From: Planctomycetota bacterium
GTDB lineage: Bacteria > Planctomycetota > GCA-002687715 > DRQF01
Direction: 5' to 3'
Assembly (NCBI GenBank): GCA_036479435.1
Contig: JAZGFI010000271.1
Coordinates: forward strand, 1-64,000
Length of the DNA: 64,000 bases
Shown piece after piece: positions 22,870 through 32,211 of the stretch; positions within the stretch are counted from its first letter, which is position 1, and every line of letters begins with the position of its first letter. The position numbers and the translations under genes were made by a program. Under the pieces are notes generated by a model that was not told where the DNA came from, made no database searches, and saw nothing but the letters and a program-made list of their open reading frames with translations.

Positions 22870-24558
22870 TCAAGCGTGCAGTACGGTTTCGCGCAAGATC
22901 TCTTCAGGGGAAGTTCGCCCGTCGAAGATGGCGAGAAGACCGCTATCGCGCAAGGTGCGCATGCCCTCTTCTCGCGCGACTTCTGACAGTCTACTCGAGC
23001 TAACCCTTTCCAAGATCGCTTCTTTGATTCGATCGCTGATAACCAGAATCTCGAAGAGCGCCAACCGCCCCTTGTAGCCCGTCCCGTGGCAGTTATCGCA
23101 GCCGCGGCCCGAATAGAAAGTAGCACCCTCGACCTGAGATGCAGGGATCTCGAGTTCATCCAGGACTTCTTGCGGCGGCGTATAGGGCGCCTTGCATGAC
23201 GCGCAGACCCGGCGTACCAAGCGCTGCGCCACGACGGCTTGCAAGGTTGCTGAGATCAAGAACGGCTCGATGCCAATATCCGCGAGGCGCGTCACCGCGC
23301 TCGCCGCATCGTTGGTGTGCAGAGTCGAGAAAACAACGTGTCCCGTCAATGAGGCCTCAACGGCGATTTGTGCGGTTTCCCGATCGCGAATCTCCCCGAC
23401 CAGAATCTTGTCGGGATCCTGGCGAAGAATCGTCCGCAGACAGGCCGCATAACTGACGCCGATCTCCTCGTTCACCTGCACCTGTACGATGTCGGGAAGT
23501 TCGTACTCGACCGGGTCTTCCGTGGTGATGATTTTTGTCGTCTCGCTATCGGCGGCGTTCAGCGCGGCGTAGAGCGTCGTCGTCTTGCCGGCACCGGTTG
23601 GGCCCGTCACCAAGATAATGCCGTGGGGCAGATCGATCAGCTTACGGATCGTTGCGTTCTCTTCGGGCCGCAGGCCGAGCTTGTCGAGGTCGAGCTGCAC
23701 GACCGATTGATCGAGCACGCGCATCACGCAAGATTCACCAAACATCGTGGGCAGAGTGGATACCCGAATATCCACTTTGCGGCCGCTTACCATCAGCTCA
23801 ATGCGGCCGTCCTGAGGGATTCGTGTCTCCGCGATGTCCAGGTCCGCCATGACTTTGACGCGCGAGATAATGGCGACGGCGAGGTGCGTCGGAGGTGAGC
23901 GCAATTCGAACAAGACGCCGTCGACGCGATAGCGGATCTTGAATTCGTCTTCGAAAGGTTCGAGGTGAATGTCACTGGCCTGGTCTCGGATAGCCATGAA
24001 CAAGATGTAATTCAGCAACTTGACGACAGGCGTCGATTGGGCCAAGGAATCTTGGTCGTCGATACTCCCGGCGGCGACCGACTCGAGTTCATCGATGAGA
24101 GAATCCATCGACTCCTGCTTCTCGCGAAAGTGCGCATCGATCAAACGATCGACTTCCGCGGGTGGGGCCAACACCGCTTCGACCTCGCTACCGAGCATGA
24201 ACTTGATGTCATCGACGCAGCTGAGGGCGGCCACGTCCGCAATGGCGAGTTTGACCGTGCTTCCTTCGTAGGCGTAGGGAACGACCCGAAAAACTTGCAC
24301 CGTCGAGGCATCCATGGACTGGACGAGGTCGTCCGGCACGTTGTGCGGCAAACTGGCGACCTGAGGAATCCCCATTTGGGCGCCCAAGGCCTGCGCAAGG
24401 TCTTCTTCGCTGATGTGCCCTTGGCGAACCAAGATGGCACCGATCTGCCCGCCTTCGTCGCGTTGAATCGCCAGGGCTTCTTGAATCTGGCCCTCGTGAA
24501 CGAGGCGGCTTTCCTTCAGGATCTGGCCGAGCAATTTTTTTCGATTCGGGCCCGCCAT
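22870..24558 (-). CDS. pilB: PilB/GspE assembly ATPase with N-terminal MshEN-like domain
   Basis: ASDIHLEP, PQDGRI, GPTGAGKTTT, EDPVEY, RQDPD..LVGEIRD, TLHTND, CxxC...CxxC. Confidence 0.9.
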   Translation of the reverse strand: MAGPNRKKLLGQILKESRLVHEGQIQEALAIQRDEGGQIGAILVRQGHISEEDLAQALGAQMGIPQVASLPHNVPDDLVQSMDASTVQVFRVVPYAYEGSTVKLAIADVAALSCVDDIKFMLGSEVEAVLAPPAEVDRLIDAHFREKQESMDSLIDELESVAAGSIDDQDSLAQSTPVVKLLNYILFMAIRDQASDIHLEPFEDEFKIRYRVDGVLFELRSPPTHLAVAIISRVKVMADLDIAETRIPQDGRIELMVSGRKVDIRVSTLPTMFGESCVMRVLDQSVVQLDLDKLGLRPEENATIRKLIDLPHGIILVTGPTGAGKTTTLYAALNAADSETTKIITTEDPVEYELPDIVQVQVNEEIGVSYAACLRTILRQDPDKILVGEIRDRETAQIAVEASLTGHVVFSTLHTNDAASAVTRLADIGIEPFLISATLQAVVAQRLVRRVCASCKAPYTPPQEVLDELEIPASQVEGATFYSGRGCDNCHGTGYKGRLALFEILVISDRIKEAILERVSSSRLSEVAREEGMRTLRDSGLLAIFDGRTSPEEILRETVLHA

Positions 24559-25619
24559 TAGTTCTCGATTCCGATCCGCTCTTTGACATCAGCGGATTTC
24601 TGCGCCATTGAGATGGCGCTCTCCGCGGATATGTAGCCGTCTTTTTGTAGCTGGTAGAGATGCTCGTCCAAAAGCTGCATCCCACGCCGACGCCCGGTTT
24701 GGATTTCAGAGTAGATCTTGAAGGTCTCAGACTTGCGAATGAGGTTTTCGAGCGCTGGGGTGTTGATCATGATTTCGAACGCAGCCACGACGCCCTGTCG
24801 GTCGATACGCGGCAGCAGCACCTGCGACACAACGCTCAGTAACCCCCCCGCGAGCTGAGCCCTAATCTGTTCTTGCTGTTCGTGGGGGAAGGAATCGATG
24901 ATGCGGTCCACCGTGCGGGCCGAGCCCGTCGTGTGCAGAGTGCCAAACACTAAGTGACCCGTTTCGGCCGCGGAGATCGCGGTCGAGATGGTTTCGAGGT
25001 CGCGCATTTCGCCCAGCAGGATGATATCGGGGTCCTGGCGCAAGGCGCGCCGCATGGCCTCCGAAAAACTCGGGACGTCGGTTCCAACTTCGCGCTGCGT
25101 GACGATGGACTTTTTGTGTTCGTGGTAGTACTCGATCGGGTCTTCGATCGTGATGATGTGCCGATCGTAGTTCTGATTGATGTAGTCAATCATCGTCGCC
25201 ATCGTCGTGGTCTTGCCCGAACCGGTCGGCCCGGTGACCAAAATCAACCCCCGCGGCTTGACGAGCAAGTCCTTCATATGGTCTGGCAAGCCGATCTCGT
25301 CGAAACTGAGCAGCCGCGACGGAATCAGCCGCAACACCGCTCCGACATGGCCCTTTTGCCGCAAGATCGAAACGCGGAAACGTGCCTTGTCGCTAAAGCC
25401 GTAGCCAAAGTCGATCGTCCCTTGTTCGTCGAACTCCGACTTCAGGCGCTCCGGCATGATCTGCTCGGCCAGCCTCTCCGTGTCGCTTGGGTCGAGCACA
25501 TCGGCATCGAGGCTCTTCAAGCGCCCGCCCAGGCGAAACACCGGAGGCCGCCCCACGGTCAAATGAAGGTCGGAGGCGTTTTTCTCGATGCAAATATCGA
25601 GAAGTTGTTTGATATCCAT
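24558..25619 (-). CDS. pilT: Type IV pilus retraction ATPase
   Basis: ASDLHL, GPTGSGKTTT, TIEDPIE, LRQDPDIILLGEMRD, AETGHLVFGTLHT, ALENLIR. Confidence 0.93.
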   Translation of the reverse strand: MDIKQLLDICIEKNASDLHLTVGRPPVFRLGGRLKSLDADVLDPSDTERLAEQIMPERLKSEFDEQGTIDFGYGFSDKARFRVSILRQKGHVGAVLRLIPSRLLSFDEIGLPDHMKDLLVKPRGLILVTGPTGSGKTTTMATMIDYINQNYDRHIITIEDPIEYYHEHKKSIVTQREVGTDVPSFSEAMRRALRQDPDIILLGEMRDLETISTAISAAETGHLVFGTLHTTGSARTVDRIIDSFPHEQQEQIRAQLAGGLLSVVSQVLLPRIDRQGVVAAFEIMINTPALENLIRKSETFKIYSEIQTGRRRGMQLLDEHLYQLQKDGYISAESAISMAQKSADVKERIGIEN

Positions 25620-25633
25620 AAGTGCTGAACTCC

Positions 25634-27295
25634 TCAGTCCGTGACTTCTTGACTGACAACGCGCAAGACTTCTTCGATGCTCGTTACACCGCTCATGACT
25701 TTCGCTGCGCCATCTAAGCGCAGAGAGCGCATGCCTCCCAGTTCTGCTTGACGCCGAAAGTCGAGGTGCGAACCACCTTCAAAGGTCATTTCCCGCAGGG
25801 TCTCGGTCATCTCCATGAGCTCGTAGATTCCGATCCGCCCGGAGTAGCCATTGTGACCGCATTTCGGGCAACCCAGAGGGCGGAAGATCTCGCGTCCGTC
25901 GAGTTCCTCCATGGTAAGTCCAATCGGCGCCAACTCGGCGGCACTCGGCTGATAAGGCTCTTTGCAGTGCGTGCACAAGGTACGCAACAGGCGCTGTGCC
26001 AACACCGCGACCAAAGACGTCGAGACCAGATAGGGCGCAACGCCCATTTCGACCAGTCGCGTGATGGCGCTCGGCGCGTCGTTCGTGTGAAGGGTCGAGA
26101 ATACCAAGTGTCCGGTAAGCGCGGCCTGAATGGCCACGGCCGCGGTCTCTTCATCTCGGATTTCGCCCACGAGAATGATGTTGGGAGCCTGGCGCAACAT
26201 CGAGCGCAAGATGCGTGCGAAGTCGAGCCCGATACTGTGCTTCACCTGGCATTGGTTGATCCCCTTCAAGTTGTACTCGACGGGGTTTTCGGCCGTGATG
26301 ATCTTCAGGTCGGGGCGATTCAGTTCTTTGAGGGCGGCGTAGAGCGTCGTCGTTTTTCCCGAACCGGTCGGCCCGGTGACCAGAAGGATCCCGTTGGGGC
26401 GCTTGATGATCTTCTCGAAGCGCTTGAGGTCTTCGCCCATGAAGCCGAGTTTGTCGAGTGAAACCAGGCCATCTATCTTGTCGAGAATACGCAAGACCAT
26501 CGTCTCACCGTTGATGCTCGGCAAGATACTGACACGCATATCGATTTCTTTAGACAAGACGTGCGTGTTGATGCGGCCGTCTTGCGGCTTGCGCTTTTCG
26601 GCGATGTCCGCGCCCGCGAGGATCTTAAAGCGAGATATGACCGGCCCATGCAGGTGACGCGGATGTCTGGCCACCGTCTTGCACACTCCGTCGACGCGGA
26701 AACGGATGCGCAGATTGTCGTTGTAGACCTCGATGTGAATATCTGAGGCTTTAGCTTTGACGGCGTCCTCGACGATGTTGTCCACGAGGCGAATGATGGG
26801 CGCCTCTTCATCTTCGTCGGCCGCAGCACTCTTGGAACGCCCCACCTTGCCGCCAAGGTCGTCTTGATCGACACCGTAGTAGCGCTTTAATGCCTCTTTC
26901 AATCCAGACTCGGGAGCGATCGCACACCTGAATTTCAGATTCAGCAGGAATGTGAGGTTCTCGAGATTGAACTCCTGCATCGGGTCCGCGAGCGCGACAA
27001 TGACCTCTTGGCCCTGAACCTTCACCGGAATGATGCCGTACTCCTCCGCGAGATTTCCCGGCACGAGATCGAGGACCTCTTGGGCAATGCGGCCTTTCGA
27101 CAGATCAACAAAAGGCTTTTTGGACTGCCGAGACAAGGCTCGCGCGAGCTGAACATCGTCGAGGATGCCGAGACGTATAAGCGCTTCGCCGATCTTCAGC
27201 CCCTCGGCGCTCTGGAGGCGTAGCCCCTCTTGAAGCTGACCTTCGTCGATGAAGTCCAGGGCCTTCAAGATTTCACCCAGCATCTGTCTTGCCAT
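25634..27295 (-). CDS. pilB: Second PilB/GspE assembly ATPase with MshEN-like domain
   Basis: ASDIH, PQDGRI, GPTGSGKTTT, ENPVEY, RQAPNIILVGEIRD, TLHTND, tetracysteine motif. Confidence 0.9.
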   Translation of the reverse strand: MARQMLGEILKALDFIDEGQLQEGLRLQSAEGLKIGEALIRLGILDDVQLARALSRQSKKPFVDLSKGRIAQEVLDLVPGNLAEEYGIIPVKVQGQEVIVALADPMQEFNLENLTFLLNLKFRCAIAPESGLKEALKRYYGVDQDDLGGKVGRSKSAAADEDEEAPIIRLVDNIVEDAVKAKASDIHIEVYNDNLRIRFRVDGVCKTVARHPRHLHGPVISRFKILAGADIAEKRKPQDGRINTHVLSKEIDMRVSILPSINGETMVLRILDKIDGLVSLDKLGFMGEDLKRFEKIIKRPNGILLVTGPTGSGKTTTLYAALKELNRPDLKIITAENPVEYNLKGINQCQVKHSIGLDFARILRSMLRQAPNIILVGEIRDEETAAVAIQAALTGHLVFSTLHTNDAPSAITRLVEMGVAPYLVSTSLVAVLAQRLLRTLCTHCKEPYQPSAAELAPIGLTMEELDGREIFRPLGCPKCGHNGYSGRIGIYELMEMTETLREMTFEGGSHLDFRRQAELGGMRSLRLDGAAKVMSGVTSIEEVLRVVSQEVTD

Positions 27296-27502
27296 AGGGC
27301 TTTCGCTCGTTTTCTGTGGTCCGTTAGGAGAATCCCTCGCGGGCCGGGGATTCTACTCGGGTGATCCCCTTTGGTCCAAGCACCATCGCGAAAGGCTTAG
27401 GCTCGATTTCGGTTTCCACCGACTTGACGGTCCAGAAGTGATCCTGATAGCTTCCACGCACTTCTCATCCAGCCAGGGGATCCCTTCGTGACCGGAAACG
27501 TC

Positions 27503-28198
27503 ATGCGCTCTTTACACTGTTTGAGCATTTTGCTCGTCATCCTCACCGTCGGCGCTTGCACGCAAACTGGCCCCAAGGGTCAAACGGGAGTCATTCCCGA
27601 GGGTTATTCGCTGCGAAATCCACGCTCGACGACCGACATTTTCAAGTGGGCCATCGAAACCAAGCAGCCAGAGTTTGCCTACCTTTGCCTCTCGCGCTCC
27701 TTTGTCACCGAGAACAAGGTGACGCCGGGCGCTTTCGACTTGTTCTTCGGGATCATCGAAGACGAGATCACCAAGAAAGTCGGCAAGATCAGCGACATCA
27801 TCATCACCAAGCAAGAAAAGATCGGCGACCGCCGTGCCCGCATTACCTTTGAAAGCGGCGAGCACGTCGCGATCTGTTTGTTTGTGCTCGAAACTGACTA
27901 CGAAGTTGAGTTCCGCTCGCGACGGCTTTCTTCGGTGGGTGGCACGACCGACGACATCAGCAAGGTCATGCGAGTCGAAGAAAATCGCGTGATCATAGAA
28001 CTCCCATTGGACGAAGACCGCTTTAGCGCCGACGCGACCTATCAAGTTCGCGTCAACAACTTTTGGAAGTTCGCTGGCGTGATCGAATCTAACCTCGAAG
28101 ACCTCAACGAAAAGTACGGCGATCCAGAAGCAAAGAATGTGAAAGACGAAGCCGTCCCCGAAGTTGAAGAAGAAGACGAAGAACCCGCAGTTCCTTAG
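27503..28198 (+). CDS. Hypothetical lipoprotein
   Basis: Signal peptide with VGAC lipobox, coding-like codon use, acidic C-terminus. Confidence 0.7.
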   Translation: MRSLHCLSILLVILTVGACTQTGPKGQTGVIPEGYSLRNPRSTTDIFKWAIETKQPEFAYLCLSRSFVTENKVTPGAFDLFFGIIEDEITKKVGKISDIIITKQEKIGDRRARITFESGEHVAICLFVLETDYEVEFRSRRLSSVGGTTDDISKVMRVEENRVIIELPLDEDRFSADATYQVRVNNFWKFAGVIESNLEDLNEKYGDPEAKNVKDEAVPEVEEEDEEPAVP

Positions 28199-28216
28199 CG
28201 CCAGCGAGAACCCACC

Positions 28217-31204
28217 ATGAACTCGACACAAACCACACTCTTGATCGCGGCCATGTGGGTACTCCTCGCCCCATCGCTGTGGTGTCAGCCGCAGGACACT
28301 CAAAAAAGCGGCCAAAAGACCAAGACAGAGTCTGCCGTCCCGGCCCAAGCCAAAACCCCCGTCCCTACGAAGGACTACGCGGATTTCGAAAACCTCGGCT
28401 TTGGCTGGGCCCTTTCGGAGGACGGCGCTTGGCTCATGGTGCCTCGAAAGCGCATGGACGGCGACGACTTACTGCTCTTGCGCGACTTGAGAAAGGAGTC
28501 CGACAACACCTTCAAACACGGCACGCGCGGAGCTTTCTCCGCTGACAGTCGTTGGTTTGCTTTTCTTCGGGGGATCTCGACGAAAAAGCGCGAGAAGCAG
28601 GCCAAATCGAAGAAGCCCCTGCGACTCGACCTCGTCTTGGTGAACCTCCAGAATGCTAAGGAAGAGGAGTTCAAGGCCGTTCAGCGCTTTTCCTTCAGCG
28701 AGGATGGGCAGCATTTGCTCATCCAGCGCTATGCCGCCAAGGGCAAGAAAGTTCGCGACATCATCGTTCGAAACTTGGCTCTCGGCCACGACGCCGTCTT
28801 TGGAAACGTGCGGCGCGAAAGCTGGAGCGACCGCGGCGCGATGCTCGCCTTCGCCGTCGAAACCGGCGACGGCCTTGGCAACGGTCTCCACCTTTATGAT
28901 CCGGTATCGCAGCTCCACCGCGTCCTTGACTCCGCCAACAAACGCCACTATTTGGCTTTGTCATGGCGCGAAAAGAGCATGGACTTCGCCGCCCTGCGCG
29001 ACACCGAACATGACGAAGAGAAAAAGGAGAAGCCGACACATGACCTGCTAGCCTGGCCTGGCCTTCACCGCATGCCGATGACGCCCATTACGATGAAGCC
29101 TCAAGAGCTAACGAGCTTCCCGAAAGACATGAGGGTGGTCGAGTCCGGCGGCCTCACATGGTCTGACGACGGCGAGCGCATCTTTTTTGGCATCCGGCCT
29201 TGGGAGAAAAAGCCCGAGCCCAAAGACGATGAGGCCGAAGAAAAAGACTCAGGCGACTCCGAGTCGAAGAAGACCAAAGAGAAGACCGAGGACGCCAAAA
29301 CTGAAGCCAAAGACGAAACGACCAACGGCGACAAAGCCAGCGTTGACAGTGCGGCAAAAGGCGAGGCCAAGAAGGAAAAAAAGACGCTGCGCGAATCCCT
29401 AAAGGATGCCGCCGGCGTCGAGGTGTGGCACGCCAAAGACGTCAAGATCATGCCGCGCCAAAAAAAGACCGCCGACCGTGACCGCCGCCGCAGCCAGACT
29501 TGCGTTTTTGATTTGGCCGACCGGTCCTTTGTCCGCTTGGCTCTAAATGAACACGAAGCGACGCGCATCCTCGAACAGCAACGCCAAGTCCTCGTGCAAA
29601 GCAACCTTCGCTACGAGCGACAATCGATGTTTGGCCCGACGCTCTACGACGTCTGGCTCGCCGATGTCGCTACGGGAAAACGAAAGCTGTTGTTGGAAGG
29701 CGTCAAATACCGCCAGGGTTCCAGCCCCGACGGGCGTTGGATCACCTTTGTTCGCAATGACAGCATTTGGTCCTGTGAGCTCAACACCGGTGTCCTTAGG
29801 GATCTTACGCCAGACTCTGCCGGCCGCTTTATCAATAGCGAAGGCCGCGTGCTCACCGACGAGAATCGCCCTTACGGCGTCGCCGATTGGACTCGCAATT
29901 CAGCCTGGGTCTTGGTCTACGACCAATGGGATATCTGGGCCTTCAAACCTGACGGTTCAAAATCGCTGCGCTTAACCGACGGAGCCACATCAAAAACAAG
30001 ACACCGCCTCGTTCGGCTCCGCGACGAAGAAGACCGTGACTTCATCGACAGCAAGCGCCCCATTTATGTCTCGCTGTTCAATGAAGGCGACAAGAAATCC
30101 GGCTACGGCGTTTTCGACTTTGGCCAGCCCTTAGAAAGGCTCGCTTGGAAAGACCGACGGCTATCGGCTCTGCGTAAGGCCAAGAAAGCGGGAGTCTTCG
30201 CCTTCGTCGAGGAGGCCTTCTCTCGCCCGCCCGCGATCTTGGTCGGAGACAACACTCTGGGCCAAACCTCAAGGGCTTTCCAACTCAACGAGATTCGCGA
30301 GGACTACCTTTGGGGTCGCTCGGAACTCATCAACTTCAAGAGCCGTCGCGGCGAGCCTCTCCAAGGCGTGCTGACTTATCCCGCGGGTTGGGAGAAAGGT
30401 AAATCCTATCCTCTCATCGTCTACATCTACGAGAAACGCTCCAATCAACTTCATCGCTTCGCAACGCCTTCGGAGCGACGACCTTACAACCCCTCGGTCT
30501 TTAGCGCCGAAGGTTACTTCGTCTTCCAGCCGGATATCGTCTACCAGGCCCAAAACCCCGGCCTTTCCGCCGTCGAATGCGTGGTGCCCGCGGTGGAGAA
30601 AGTCCTGACCTATGGCCTCATCGACAAAGAACGCGTGGGCTTAGTGGGACATTCCTGGGGCGCTTATCAAACCAGCTTCATCGTGACGCAAACCGATTTG
30701 TTCGCCGCCGGCGTAGCCGGGGCTCCGCTCACCAATATGATGAGCATGTCGATGAACATCTACTGGAATTCCGGCAGCACCAACGCCAGCATCTTCCATG
30801 AGAGCCAAGGTCGCATGGACCAGCCCTTTTGGCGCGATGTCGAGACCTACATGAAGAACTCACCGATCTTCAACATCGACGCCTTGAAGACGCCCCTCCT
30901 TATCGCCTTCGGCGACAAAGACGGCGCCGTTGATTGGCACCAAGGCATCGAGATGTACAACGCGGCCCGCTTGGTAGACAAGCCGCTCGTGATGTTGGTG
31001 TACGAGGGCGAAAACCACGGCTTGGCGAAGAAGAAGAACCAAGTCGACTATCACTGGCGCGTGCGCGAATGGTTCGATCACCACCTCAAGGGCAGCCCGG
31101 CCCCCGAGTGGATCACCAAGGGAAAGACCTTCCTCGATCGCGAGAAAGAGATCGAGGCGCTCGAGAAAAAAAAGGACAAGAAGAAGCCAAAAAAAGACGC
31201 CTGA
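28217..31204 (+). CDS. Secreted S9 family (prolyl oligopeptidase-like) serine peptidase
   Basis: Signal peptide, beta-propeller repeats (FSEDG, WSDDG, SPDG), GHSWG nucleophile, D (DGAV) and H (ENHG) of the triad. Confidence 0.93.
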   Translation: MNSTQTTLLIAAMWVLLAPSLWCQPQDTQKSGQKTKTESAVPAQAKTPVPTKDYADFENLGFGWALSEDGAWLMVPRKRMDGDDLLLLRDLRKESDNTFKHGTRGAFSADSRWFAFLRGISTKKREKQAKSKKPLRLDLVLVNLQNAKEEEFKAVQRFSFSEDGQHLLIQRYAAKGKKVRDIIVRNLALGHDAVFGNVRRESWSDRGAMLAFAVETGDGLGNGLHLYDPVSQLHRVLDSANKRHYLALSWREKSMDFAALRDTEHDEEKKEKPTHDLLAWPGLHRMPMTPITMKPQELTSFPKDMRVVESGGLTWSDDGERIFFGIRPWEKKPEPKDDEAEEKDSGDSESKKTKEKTEDAKTEAKDETTNGDKASVDSAAKGEAKKEKKTLRESLKDAAGVEVWHAKDVKIMPRQKKTADRDRRRSQTCVFDLADRSFVRLALNEHEATRILEQQRQVLVQSNLRYERQSMFGPTLYDVWLADVATGKRKLLLEGVKYRQGSSPDGRWITFVRNDSIWSCELNTGVLRDLTPDSAGRFINSEGRVLTDENRPYGVADWTRNSAWVLVYDQWDIWAFKPDGSKSLRLTDGATSKTRHRLVRLRDEEDRDFIDSKRPIYVSLFNEGDKKSGYGVFDFGQPLERLAWKDRRLSALRKAKKAGVFAFVEEAFSRPPAILVGDNTLGQTSRAFQLNEIREDYLWGRSELINFKSRRGEPLQGVLTYPAGWEKGKSYPLIVYIYEKRSNQLHRFATPSERRPYNPSVFSAEGYFVFQPDIVYQAQNPGLSAVECVVPAVEKVLTYGLIDKERVGLVGHSWGAYQTSFIVTQTDLFAAGVAGAPLTNMMSMSMNIYWNSGSTNASIFHESQGRMDQPFWRDVETYMKNSPIFNIDALKTPLLIAFGDKDGAVDWHQGIEMYNAARLVDKPLVMLVYEGENHGLAKKKNQVDYHWRVREWFDHHLKGSPAPEWITKGKTFLDREKEIEALEKKKDKKKPKKDA

Positions 31205-31340
31205 CCAAGTTCATGGCCAGGCGTCCGCTTCAGTACTGGTGAGCAAGGCCGCGTCCCAGCGGCTGCTCGATCCCGTCCGGGATTAAGTCGCGTCTCGATT
31301 GAACTGTCCGCGACTTTGATCGCGGGCCAGTCGCCCGCGA

Positions 31341-32096
31341 CTACTCGATCTTGTCCGCGATGGACTCGGCGAGACTGTGGTTAGTGCTCACCGACTGTAC
31401 ATCGTCGTTTTCTTCAAGGGCGTCGACGAGGTTCGTGATTTGCTGCGCCTTTTTCAGGTCGTCGACTTCAACGGTCGTGTCGGCAACGCGCTGAATCTCG
31501 CCCGCTTCGATTTCGAAACCCGCGGCTTCTAGGGCCAACTTGACATCAATGAAGCGCTGGTAGTCTGCAGAAACGGTGAACTGGCCGTCGCCGAGGTCTT
31601 CCATGTCCTCAGCGTCCGCTTCCATCACCACTTCCATCACGTCATCTTCGCTTTTGCCCTCGGCTTTGATCAAAAACACGCTCTTCGTTTGAAACATGAA
31701 GCCCACGCAACCGGGCTCGCCCATGTTGCCGCCAGCCTTCTCGAAGATCTTTTTCACTTCGGGAGCGGTGCGGTTTCGGTTGTCGGTGAGGACATCGACC
31801 ATGACCGCGACCCCGCCCGGGCCGTAGCCTTCGTAGACGAGTTCGTGGTAATCCGCGGCATCGGCGCCAATACCGGCTCCCTTGTCGATGTTCCGCTTGA
31901 TGACGTCTTTGGGCATGTTCACGGACTTGGCCTTTTCGACTTCAAGTCGTAAAGCCGAGTTCATCACCGGATCAGGACCGCCAGCGCGGGCCGCGACGAT
32001 GATTTTGCGGGCGATCTTGGAGAAAACTCCCGCCCGCTTTTTGTCCTGAGCACCCTTGCGATGCTTGATGTTTGCGAATTTTGAGTGGCCAGCCAT
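31341..32096 (-). CDS. yebC: YebC/PmpR family protein
   Basis: MAGHSKFANIKHRK, YEGYGPGG, TDNRNRT, DDVQSV. Confidence 0.96.
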   Translation of the reverse strand: MAGHSKFANIKHRKGAQDKKRAGVFSKIARKIIVAARAGGPDPVMNSALRLEVEKAKSVNMPKDVIKRNIDKGAGIGADAADYHELVYEGYGPGGVAVMVDVLTDNRNRTAPEVKKIFEKAGGNMGEPGCVGFMFQTKSVFLIKAEGKSEDDVMEVVMEADAEDMEDLGDGQFTVSADYQRFIDVKLALEAAGFEIEAGEIQRVADTTVEVDDLKKAQQITNLVDALEENDDVQSVSTNHSLAESIADKIE

Positions 32097-32211
32097 GGCG
32101 AAATCCTCGAGGTCTATTGAGCGCGACAAGGTAGCACAGCTGCCGTCTGGGCTCAATTGGCGCCATGCGCGGTCTCTTCCCGAAGTCAGCCCCCCATGGC
32201 AGATTACCGCC

